Made by a program: the position numbers and the translations under genes. A DNA stretch of 62,526 bases, counting the filler, from Basidiobolus ranarum (Eukaryota): assembly GCA_040143965.1 (NCBI GenBank). It is 14 parts of 14 records of this genome, joined end to end, with 100 filler letters (N's around TTAATTAATTAA, not from the genome) between each part and the next. Parts side by side here need not be neighbours in the genome. Positions count along the whole stretch, not along the records: positions 1 to 4,391 come from JASJQH010001976.1; positions 4,492 to 8,880 come from JASJQH010001977.1; positions 8,981 to 13,366 come from JASJQH010001978.1; 11 more parts are not named here. One strand, written 5' to 3'. This document shows, in pieces, positions 1 to 8,981 of the stretch (position 1 is the first letter of the stretch; each line of letters opens with the position of its first letter). Below the pieces are notes generated by a model, which did no database searches, was not told the DNA's origin, and saw nothing but the letters and a program-made list of their open reading frames with translations.

Positions 1-1577
1 CCCTTCGCTGTGCACGGGAGGGTTCGGTTTGGAGGTAGGATATAAATCATATTCTTGCGAATTCTTGAATGCTTTGGGATTTGGCGATTGATAATTTCTA
101 ACAAATCTCGAGTCAACTGAAGAGATTCTTTCTCAGTGTGACCTTCAGAAAGCTCTACAAATAAGCATGTACCTGATCTATCAGCACCTAATATGGCTAC
201 ATTTTTAAAGGCACCTTTTCCATCGGCCATCAGTTGCTTCTCTATAGGCAAGGGTCTAGTTTTCTCACCATTGTCGTGGACAAGAATATCATCATATCTT
301 CCCTTATACATCCACTTGCCAGAGTCAGCGGGAGTCTCAACGAAAAGATCTCCTGTATGGAAAGCTCTCGTTTCTGGATTGATCGTCAATCCTGGAGCTA
401 ACGCCGGTTCATCAGCCTGAAATATCAACTCCTTTTCATCTTCAAATTCTCCTACTGATATGAAAGAGGCTTTGCCAGAATTGAATGGAGTCAATAAGTT
501 CCATTCTTTGTTAGCTGGATCTGAATTCGCTGCTAGAATTAACCCAGTAGCTTCAGTCATTCCATACATTGAAACAAGGTTAATATCTTGCTCAAGTAGT
601 CTAGTAGCTATATGTTCAGAAAAAGCTGCTCCACAAACCATTATCACTCTTAACTTCTTCAATAAGGGATATACAGTAGGGTCCTCCTCGGCAACAAAAT
701 AGACTTGTTCAAGCATCCATGGTACAAGTATTAACACAGTCGGTTGATATCTTTTCAAAGTATTAATGATGTTGCGACCAGAGGGAATGAAGGCCCCCAA
801 ATTTGAAGGTGGAATTATGTAAGTTCCACCGTGATACATCATTCTCATGAAATCACATATGTTACCGGCGACGTGAAAGAATGGTAGAAAACCACAAGAA
901 GTACTGTCAGAGTCAACCAGCCCTCTTTGAGAAGTCTCACAGTACCTAAGACCGGCCAACATTTGCTTACTACCCTGGGTGATGAGTTTTGGGAAGAGAG
1001 TGCTTCCAGAGGTGTGAGTATACATGATAGGTCGATCCATATCATCAGGTCGTCCTTTTCCAAGCGATTGCATTTCGGGGGTAATTATGAAGACCTGGTC
1101 GGTTTTAGGACTTAAGTTCGGGATACCAGGGAACTCATCAGACTCATATTCAGTCAGAAGATATACCTCAATAGCGGGTATTTCTTCACGAATAGCTTTG
1201 GCTATCTCAATGAATTGAGGATGTACTGCCAAGACACTTGCCTTTCCTTCTTTCAGGAGGTGAATTATCCCATCAGGGGAATTTTTTGTACTCAGATTGA
1301 GGGTTACAGCCCGTGCTCGTATCAAGGAACATACAAGCGTACAGTACTCAATACAGTTGGGTGCCAAGATACCCACTACAGTATTTTCTTCGATCGAGAT
1401 TTGATTCTTAGGCCATAAATAATAACTGTTGTAGATAGTCAAATCCCGTAATTGCTTGTATGTGATTCTCTGCTCTTCTCCTTGAGTATCGGTGTGAAGA
1501 AGAGCGACTTTTGTACTAGTTTGCGTGCCGTGAACATTTAGAAGAGTATTTAAGTCGTTAGATTGAAGGATTGGCAT
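1..1577 (-). CDS. NRPS-like carboxylic acid reductase, copy 1, N-terminal adenylation domain (runs off window start)
   Basis: Manual translation from ATG at 1577 (MPILQSNDLNTLL...) is open for 525 codons to base 3 with no intron. Adenylation motifs: HTSGSTLFPK, FLPFFHVAG, YGMTE, FHTGDLF, GRYDD, NGEK, LPCTAKG. Absent from the ORF track because no stop lies in the window. Confidence 0.93.
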   Translation of the reverse strand, partial: MPILQSNDLNTLLNVHGTQTSTKVALLHTDTQGEEQRITYKQLRDLTIYNSYYLWPKNQISIEENTVVGILAPNCIEYCTLVCSLIRARAVTLNLSTKNSPDGIIHLLKEGKASVLAVHPQFIEIAKAIREEIPAIEVYLLTEYESDEFPGIPNLSPKTDQVFIITPEMQSLGKGRPDDMDRPIMYTHTSGSTLFPKLITQGSKQMLAGLRYCETSQRGLVDSDSTSCGFLPFFHVAGNICDFMRMMYHGGTYIIPPSNLGAFIPSGRNIINTLKRYQPTVLILVPWMLEQVYFVAEEDPTVYPLLKKLRVIMVCGAAFSEHIATRLLEQDINLVSMYGMTEATGLILAANSDPANKEWNLLTPFNSGKASFISVGEFEDEKELIFQADEPALAPGLTINPETRAFHTGDLFVETPADSGKWMYKGRYDDILVHDNGEKTRPLPIEKQLMADGKGAFKNVAILGADRSGTCLFVELSEGHTEKESLQLTRDLLEIINRQIPKHSRIRKNMIYILPPNRTLPCTAK

Positions 1578-2283
1578 AATCTGTAAACCAGAAAGTGCAT
1601 AGATTCAGAGAGAAATCGACTCCTAGCTTTTATACGCTTCGTATGGTTCCACGTCACAAGGTTTACGCCACTAAATTACGCAGGGGCCTTCCAGCAGTTA
1701 TTACAAGAATAAGTGGATTTAAGGTAATACAAAGTTTTCCCATTATATAATGGTGGCTATTATGCATAATCTTGATTACTTGCATTACTCAGAATCAGCC
1801 CGAGTGATACGTATCTGGTGATCCTGACCATATTCATCTCTAAGTCACAAATAATATTGACATTGTAATGTGGAACAGATTACCATGAAATGTAGCTTGA
1901 TTACTCGCAACTAATGAAGTATGGATTTAACCTGGAATAACGATTAATCGCTAGGGTACAGTTAAGAGGAGTTGTAAATTGTAATCCTATTTTATTCATG
2001 TGATATCAAGCGCAACATGAGATCAAGATATCTAGTTTAACCTTCAGTATATGGAGTTAATGATCGGGTAAAGAGATAAGAAATATGAGGAGATTTGCAT
2101 GTCATATACAGATGTCTGCATAATCAGTATCAGCTAATTCTTCTAAGCTTACCCTAATAAATGATTTAATATGGACACAACGTAAATCCTAAAATATTGA
2201 GTTGGTCAAAGCTGACGGTAATTTACTAAGCACTGCCATCGCATGTGTATTATTATCCAGTATGGGACTACCACTTACAAATA

Positions 2284-4391
2284 CTACAACGGAATTGGTA
2301 AGAGATCCAAATCATTCAAAAATCCGATTTGCTTCCAATATGTGAGATAGCGCGAGATGAGTGATTCGTCAATGACCGGACAATCTCTAGCCAAAGTGGA
2401 GGATCTTTCGCAGGTTATCCTTGTGTCCAGCCTGATATCAACTGAGTCCGAAGGTGAACTGGCCATTTTCTCTAAATATGGCAGAAGTGTGAAAATGGGA
2501 TCTTCAGTTCGAAGGTTTTCATCTGCTTGAGCAAGTTGTTGTAAGTTCGTCCACCATTCTTGTAATGGTAACATTCGAATGTTACGGCCTGTGCTGTGGC
2601 TAACATGCTTGATGAATTCAGTCCATGGCTCAGCAGGATGCGGATTTACTTGATGGTAAACATTGACACTCTTTTGTCTTTCTTTGGGATATGTAATCAG
2701 TTCAACCAAGCTTTTGGCTCCGATGTTAACAGGAATCCAGTCGGTCGGTAGAGTTACTATTGGTGAGAATCCTGTAGTTATTGCGTTCCGAATGAGAATA
2801 GGGAATTGCTCCCGGGTATTCCAAGCACCCGACTCACTATTACCCGATATTTGGCCATATCTTACAATTGTGACAGGCAGTCCCTGCTTCCCCATTCTCA
2901 CCAGGGCCTCCTCAGCAACCAATTTCGACTGACTGTACCCATTGGGCATGGCGATGCGAATGTCGGATGGGTGAGGTGCCTCTGGGATCAATGGCCTTGT
3001 ATCAGCAGCACAAGCACCTATACTCGATATGAATATGTACTGCTTAGGACCGAACTCGGATAATGCAAATTTAGCGAGGTTCAGTGTTGGTAGTAGGCAC
3101 GTAGACTCAAATGCCTCAAGGTTAGAGTTAAAATCCATTCTCCAGGCTCCGTGGTAAATGTGAGTGACACTTTTCTTCAAGTGTCCGTAAGTCGTTTCAT
3201 CTAAACCAAAATGTGCGTCACTCAGATCACAAGGGAATACTGTGAGCTTGTCCTTATGCGCTGACAGTGCCTGCTTACTGAGATGGAAACCATCAAAAGT
3301 ATCTGCTAACTTTCTTTGGCATGACTCGGCATTATTTCCTCGGACAAGACAATAAATATGCTTGACCTCGCTATTCATCAAAAGTTGATCAAGTACATGA
3401 ACACCCAAGTACCCCGATCCACCAGTCATCAATATACTGATCCCATCAGACTCGTCGAATGGATGACTTTGAGGCAATGTAATATCATTAATAGTGTATT
3501 TGTTGACAAATCTCTCAAAGTATTCATCTAGATTTTCAACATTCTTGCCAATCTCTTCTTGACACTTGTTTTCCCCTGCTTGGTCAATCAAAAACGTGGA
3601 GAGAGAGTCAATAGTTGGATGCTCAAATACAAAAGAGTATGGAAGATCCAGAAAGCTAAACCTCTTGGAGATCACATTTCGAAACTCCATTGCGGCAATT
3701 GAGTCCATTCCAAGGTCAATCAGAGAGTCAGTGAAGTGATCGAAAGTATGTGGTGTCACTTCAAGGATATTGGCAATACTGGTTTTCAGAAATTGACAGA
3801 CACTGTCATGCGCAAGAATACTCTTCTTGACGGTAGTGAATATGTGGGACCCAAGTGCGTCAATGGTGACATGGTCAAAGATGGATGAGAAGGGAAGGTT
3901 GAGTTCCGGTATTTCAGAGGTAATTTTTCCATGGAACTCCATTGCTGCGATCGAGTCCATCCCCATATCAACTAGAGATTTGGAATGATCGGCAAATTGA
4001 TCGCAAGGCTCATCCAAGATGGCAGCAATGGTTTTTTGCAGAAATTCCTTGATGGAGTGTTCATTGACCTCTATTAGTTGTGAATGCTCTGGTCTCCTAT
4101 TAACTTGCTCAAACAATTCGTTGATCTCTTTTTCATATTCCCTCATTATCTTCCTACGAGCAATGTTGCCCTTCGCTGTGCACGGGAGGGTTCGGTTTGG
4201 AGGTAGGATATAAATCATATTCTTGCGAATTCTTGAATGCTTTGGGATCTGGCGATTGATAATTTCCAACAAATCTCGAGTCAACTGAAGAGATTCTTTC
4301 TCAGTGTGACCTTCAGAAAGCTCTACAAATAAGCATGTACCTGATCTATCAGCACCTAGTATGGCTACATTTTTAAAAGCACCTTTTCCAT
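2284..4391 (-). CDS. NRPS-like carboxylic acid reductase, copy 2, C-terminal part: A-subdomain, T, T, thioester reductase (5' truncated by contig end)
   Basis: The 666-aa ORF extends in frame to the contig edge. It has two carrier motifs (DMGMDSIAA, DLGMDSIAA), a Rossmann motif ILMTGGSGYLG, HGAW..DF, catalytic YSQSK, RYGQISG and DWIPV. Confidence 0.95.
4169..4391. repeat. Direct repeat of bases 1-223 (tandem gene unit, period 4168 bp)
   Basis: 223 bp matching 1-223 with 4 substitutions, all synonymous in the reductase frame (TTA/TTG, CAA/CAG, TTA/CTA, GCC/GCT). Confidence 0.95.
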
Positions 4392-4491
4392 NNNNNNNNN
4401 NNNNNNNNNNNNNNNNNNNNNNNNNNNNNNNNNNNTTAATTAATTAANNNNNNNNNNNNNNNNNNNNNNNNNNNNNNNNNNNNNNNNNNNN
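4392..4491. other. Artificial contig-joining spacer (first of 13)
   Basis: N44-TTAATTAATTAA-N44, with stops in all six frames. Others at 8881-8980, 13367-13466, 17850-17949, 22329-22428, 26803-26902, 31273-31372, 35741-35840, 40208-40307, 44675-44774, 49141-49240, 53604-53703, 58066-58165. Confidence 0.99.
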
Positions 4492-4702
4492 CTTTTTTAA
4501 CCTGGAGTAAAACTTTGGTTTCAGATAGTTTTGCGTTGTTTTCTTCTCCTACAACAGTGTTCCAAGGTCCTTTTGCTTGCAGCAGCATTTTCATTTTAAT
4601 TTTCCAAACTTGATAATTGGTACCATCCAACTTTTCAGGAGAGGGAAAAGTTCCATAGATTTGAGAAGTAGACATTACACAGAGTGCAAGCTTGGGGCTC
4701 AT
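4492..4702 (-). mobile_element. Ty1/copia family A gag N-terminal fragment
   Basis: EKLDGTNYQVWKIKMKMLLQAKG is a copia gag N-terminus motif. Homologous to 22429-22805, 35181-35597 and 56995-57720. Confidence 0.88.
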
Positions 4703-5656
4703 TCTCCTCATGGTGGACTAAAATGACTACTAATTGTCACCAACACTGATTACTAACATATCACTAATGATTGCTTTCTCACGCACTCTTGTTCATAATT
4801 GGGTGAAGCTATAGTCTGTAGCTAGCAAAAAATCCCACATTGTGTTGCAATTATTTACAACAGATAAGAGTTTTTTAACACATATAAAACACATTTAGGG
4901 TTATTATTTTTCATTTTCCTTACCCAAAGTACAGGGGAGGATATTCTTTCCATTAAAGTAGCCTTCTATTCCATCTTCAGGGGCTTTCTACATATACTTC
5001 ATCTGCTCAACTATTCATACAGCGTGTGGGTACCCTAGCAAAAGTCACTAGAGTTTGAAGGAACTCGAATTTTTTATAAATTGAAATCTTCAATGCTCTC
5101 AAATCTACGTAACATATTGAGATCAAATCGATTTTCTAATTCCGATATTTTTACGGTTTCTTGGGTTAACAAAATTATATTAGTCCTCCAAGCTTTCTGT
5201 TAACTTCGGCATCAACGGATAGAGTTTACTCAAATCATAGTAGCCAAGTATTAAACTTCAAGCTGCATCAACTACAAAGTAATCTTTGTTATTCGTCTAT
5301 GCGAGATAACCACTTGTCCTCTTATTGGATATGTGGGTTATATGATCTACCTAGATAAAGTCTCATACCAAAAACACACCAGTCAACCCCAAATATATAC
5401 ATCAAAGAAAAGCAATACTAAATATTATATCAATGGTTGATTATTTGAGAAGAGTCAAATTTTACTACTTTTGATCCTCGAGCTAACAGAAATTTTAATG
5501 GTGCATAATCTGGAAAAAGCTCCCTCAATAAAAGTTGGAAAAAATCATTGAGTTTCGGTAGTATATTCTCTGTTATTAATTACAAATACAGGTAAGACAA
5601 ATTGGCTATCAAATTGTCAATGTATGACTAGTATGTAAAATATTTTCAAATAAAAA

Positions 5657-5731
5657 CGACCCGGGTGGGGGGGTCGAACCCACGACTTTCTCCTCCTGAG
5701 GGAGACACTCTTTCCACTGAGCTATAGGGCC
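5657..5731 (-). tRNA. tRNA-like gene with CAG anticodon on an Arg(CCG)-type body; probable pseudogene
   Basis: GGCCCTA-TA-GCTC-AGTGGAAA-GAGT-G-TCTCC-CTCAGGA-GGAGA-AAGTC-GTGGG-TTCGACCCC-CCCAC-CCGGGTC-G followed by T5. Short variable loop, two acceptor-stem mismatches (positions 6,7) and 2 extra C in the T loop. Confidence 0.75.
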
Positions 5732-7025
5732 TATACTTTGATGATAGTGATGCAAAGTTTTGTCCAGCATATATTATCTTCGTAGAAATGGATATCACTA
5801 TCACTCTCATATCTATTTAGTGTAAACTCCGAGATCAAAGAAATATTGGTTGGTTAATGCTACGTTTATAATCTGAAATGATTTTTGTTATAAGCAGAAG
5901 AGCATATTTTGTTTGAGTAGAAAAGATTAGTAGGGCCATTAGGTGCATTGATATAATAATCTCCGAAGAGACTGCGACTTGAAAGCATTGCCCTAGACCA
6001 CCCACTCATCTCATCAGCACTGAGATAATTCAATCAAGACTAGTTTAATGTCAGATTATGAAATGTAGTAGCAAACTGTCAGAATGTGCAGGCCATCCTC
6101 GCCTAGTCGTTGGAATAATCGACTGGCAAGACTATCAACTGAGATAATTCAGAAACTCCTAAAAACAAATCAATACATCCCACACTTCCCTTTATTGACA
6201 GTGCACTTGTACGCATTAAGCAACTTGGTAATAGTGCCTTTGTGGGGAAACAAAGACTGGAAATGTACTATATGCATAATCTTATGAAGTACAGTCTAGG
6301 GATATTCATATACAGAGCCGTTGTATTTATACTTTTTTTGATGAAAAGACAAGGAACTTGGGATCCGCAAAATCTCTGTTATCCCACAATTCATCCATAT
6401 AGATAGGTGTAATAAGCTAGATGTCAGCATTGTACAACCTACCTGGATATCAGTTATTGTATTATTGCCTTAAAATGGAGACGATATATTGCACAGAATT
6501 TAAGATTGATGAGAAAAATGTATTCCGCAAATAGTACCAACTTACAGTGAGTTATCAATAAAGCTGTAAAGTTGGTGTGGAAGCGGCAGGGTAACTTTAG
6601 CTAGAACAATGATTGAACCGTAGGAAGTTCTGAAAGAATTAAATTCTATCCATCCATAGTACAAATAAGACTGTCACGAAGCATGATTCTGAAGTTTCTG
6701 GCGATAATTCGTGGGTAATTATACGGGATAAGGATTTGAAAGGGGAATTATGGGATCGGATTTGGTAAAAGAAAGCTACATGTATAGTTTATTTGATATC
6801 GCTACATGCAAAACCTTGTGATTTTCATCGTATAGTATGAGTGAAAGATTTTCAAGTATCTTGAAAGAGTGGCGACTACTTGCTGGGAATACATATACAA
6901 CTATTACTTCTATTTCATTCTGATTCCTGTATATTCTGTGGCTGAATTAATATTAGGTAGTGAGTTGGCCTTCATGAATAATTCTTGTATAGGAGTTTTC
7001 AGCAGTTGACTCCAATTGAGAAAGA

Positions 7026-7282
7026 TATTGAAGTATTTTGGGAGTTTGTTGGAAGTAGTTTGGAGAATTAGAGAAAATTGATGGTTTTCACTTGTTGATT
7101 TATTGAGTATTCAGTTGACATTTATAGTTTTGTCAAGATGTAAACAAACTAACAAGTTTTTAATATCTTCTCAATAAGTTCGGATTTCGAATAGTAGGTG
7201 ATATTTTTTAATGAAATATGAAACAACGAAATACTAAGCTATATATGACTATATAGATGTGTAGGCTATGTTAATTCCAACA
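7026..7282 (-). mobile_element. Solo LTR, copia family A, internally deleted
   Basis: Homologous to both ends of the 348-bp LTR at 34833-35180. Flanked by a near-TSD AAAGA/ATAGA. Confidence 0.75.
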
Positions 7283-7434
7283 ATAGAGACTTTATGATGC
7301 TACATTTTCTTGAACACACCACTATCTCATTCCCTCCTTTCATCCATTTATAGAAGTCGTAATATGTTACAAATAGTTGTTTTAACTAAAACTTAGTATA
7401 GAGCCTAAACTAAATATATTATAATCTTGGATAA

Positions 7435-7784
7435 TGTTAAAGTATTTTGGAAGCCTGTTAGAGGTGGTTTGCAGAATTCGAGAAATTCGTGGTTTTTACT
7501 TATTGATTTATTGAGTATTCAGTTGACATTTATAGTTTTGTCAAGAGGTAAACAAACAAACGTGTAGAATATGTTAAGGAAGGTTTCAGGAACATATGTG
7601 CAAAGTTTGGTTCTTTTAGCATACGTTTGAAAAAATCTATATATCTCAGAACTTGTAAGTTGGGGTCAATATTCAAAGGAAATTCCTCTGGAAAATAATG
7701 GGTAATTTCTTAGTGAAGTATGGAATAACTAAATACTAAGCTATGTATAACTGTATAGATATTTAGGCTATGCTTATTTCAACA
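7435..7784 (-). mobile_element. Solo LTR, copia family A
   Basis: 350 bp, TG...CA termini, near-TSD GATAA/AATAA, reverse-complement homologue of 34833-35180. Confidence 0.88.
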
Positions 7785-8540
7785 AATAATAGCCAAGCCA
7801 TACCACATAACATGCTGTAAACAAACTTCTTCTGTAGTCATGAAGATTGAGATTATAAGAATCATAGGTTAGCTGCTTTTCTCCATGACCAGGTTGGGTC
7901 TAATATTTTAGTATTCTGATCTCTATTTTATATGACAAAATGAAGACATGAATATGGTTATGATGTGCCACGCCTCTGACACAGTTGCTCGCATATATGC
8001 CGTACTCAGAAAAAATATCTCCATTGATCCGGTTTAACGCCACTATTCTAAGGATACCCCAAAATGAACCGTTATGGCAACCCAATTGTGATATGAAACC
8101 TTTGCCAATATTAGTGATACTATGGACTACTACAATTATTCCAACTTCGATGCTAGTATTTGGGCGAACTGACCTTTACAGTAGCCTCTTAATTGTCCCT
8201 CTAACACTGTACATTAGGAAGGTTTGAGATATTACACCAGCATTGGCTTGAGGTGGGGATGCAAGTTTTATTCATTAACTGCTAATGAAGCAATAGTGAA
8301 TACAAAAATAGCCTTTATAACTGTTTTTGAATGCATAATTTCACATAAATATACGATTATCCTAAATCAATCCACCTGATGGGTCACTAACAGGGTCTAT
8401 TGTAACCGGATCCCATAAAGCTAACCCTAAGGGATTTGAAGAGGTGCGACCAATTTGAGGACTAATCAATAATTTCTTTAATGTCCAATGGAATGAAATG
8501 AATAGAGTTATATACTACATGTGATATTACGTAAAATGAG

Positions 8541-8880
8541 TTACTTGGTTTTCTCCAGTTTGACCAACTTAACCCCCAAAGAAAATAGAAATGCCGCTCC
8601 TGCCATACAGGTAGCTACTATAAAGATGGTTTGAAGGACATGAACATACACACCTATCACCTCTCCCCTCTCACTCAATGGAAGGGCGTTAATGAATTCA
8701 AACCCTTCTGAAGCATCTTTAACCGGTATATGAAATGACAAATTTTCTAAACCATGAGCTACTTGATTATTGAATATTGAACCAAAGATTGCGATTCCGA
8801 GTACACCACCGATTGATCGTGAAAATGCTGATAAAGCAGTTACCACGCTCACATCCTTACGTGCAACTGCTGCTTGGCCT
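8541..8880 (-). CDS. MFS multidrug transporter (DHA2/14-TM type), C-terminal fragment
   Basis: GQAAVARKDVSVVTALSAFSRSIGGVLGIAIFGSIFNN followed by a luminal loop and final TM helix, typical of fungal DHA2 C-termini. 5' truncated by the contig end. Confidence 0.85.
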
Positions 8881-8981
8881 NNNNNNNNNNNNNNNNNNNN
8901 NNNNNNNNNNNNNNNNNNNNNNNNTTAATTAATTAANNNNNNNNNNNNNNNNNNNNNNNNNNNNNNNNNNNNNNNNNNNNT

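Noticed and set aside
193-1418. Short plus-strand ORFs in the ORF track (also those antisense to the NRPS and the 718-aa gene)
   Set aside because: They are antisense or alternate-frame shadows of long motif-bearing genes.
1-4391. Circular plasmid or LTR element implied by terminal direct repeats
   Set aside because: The repeats are mid-gene coding sequence with synonymous differences and no replication or mobility genes; tandem duplication fits better.
4436-4447. Regularly spaced TTAATTAATTAA palindrome as a biological repeat or CRISPR-like array
   Set aside because: Always centred in N runs; it is a six-frame stop linker. ORFs ending in X..LIN are artefacts of it.
5696-5698. Genome-wide CUG codon reassignment
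   Set aside because: CTG occupies invariant Leu positions in NRPS motifs (GTT CTG AAG = VLK; GAT CTG GCA = DLA), and the CAG tRNA is structurally damaged.
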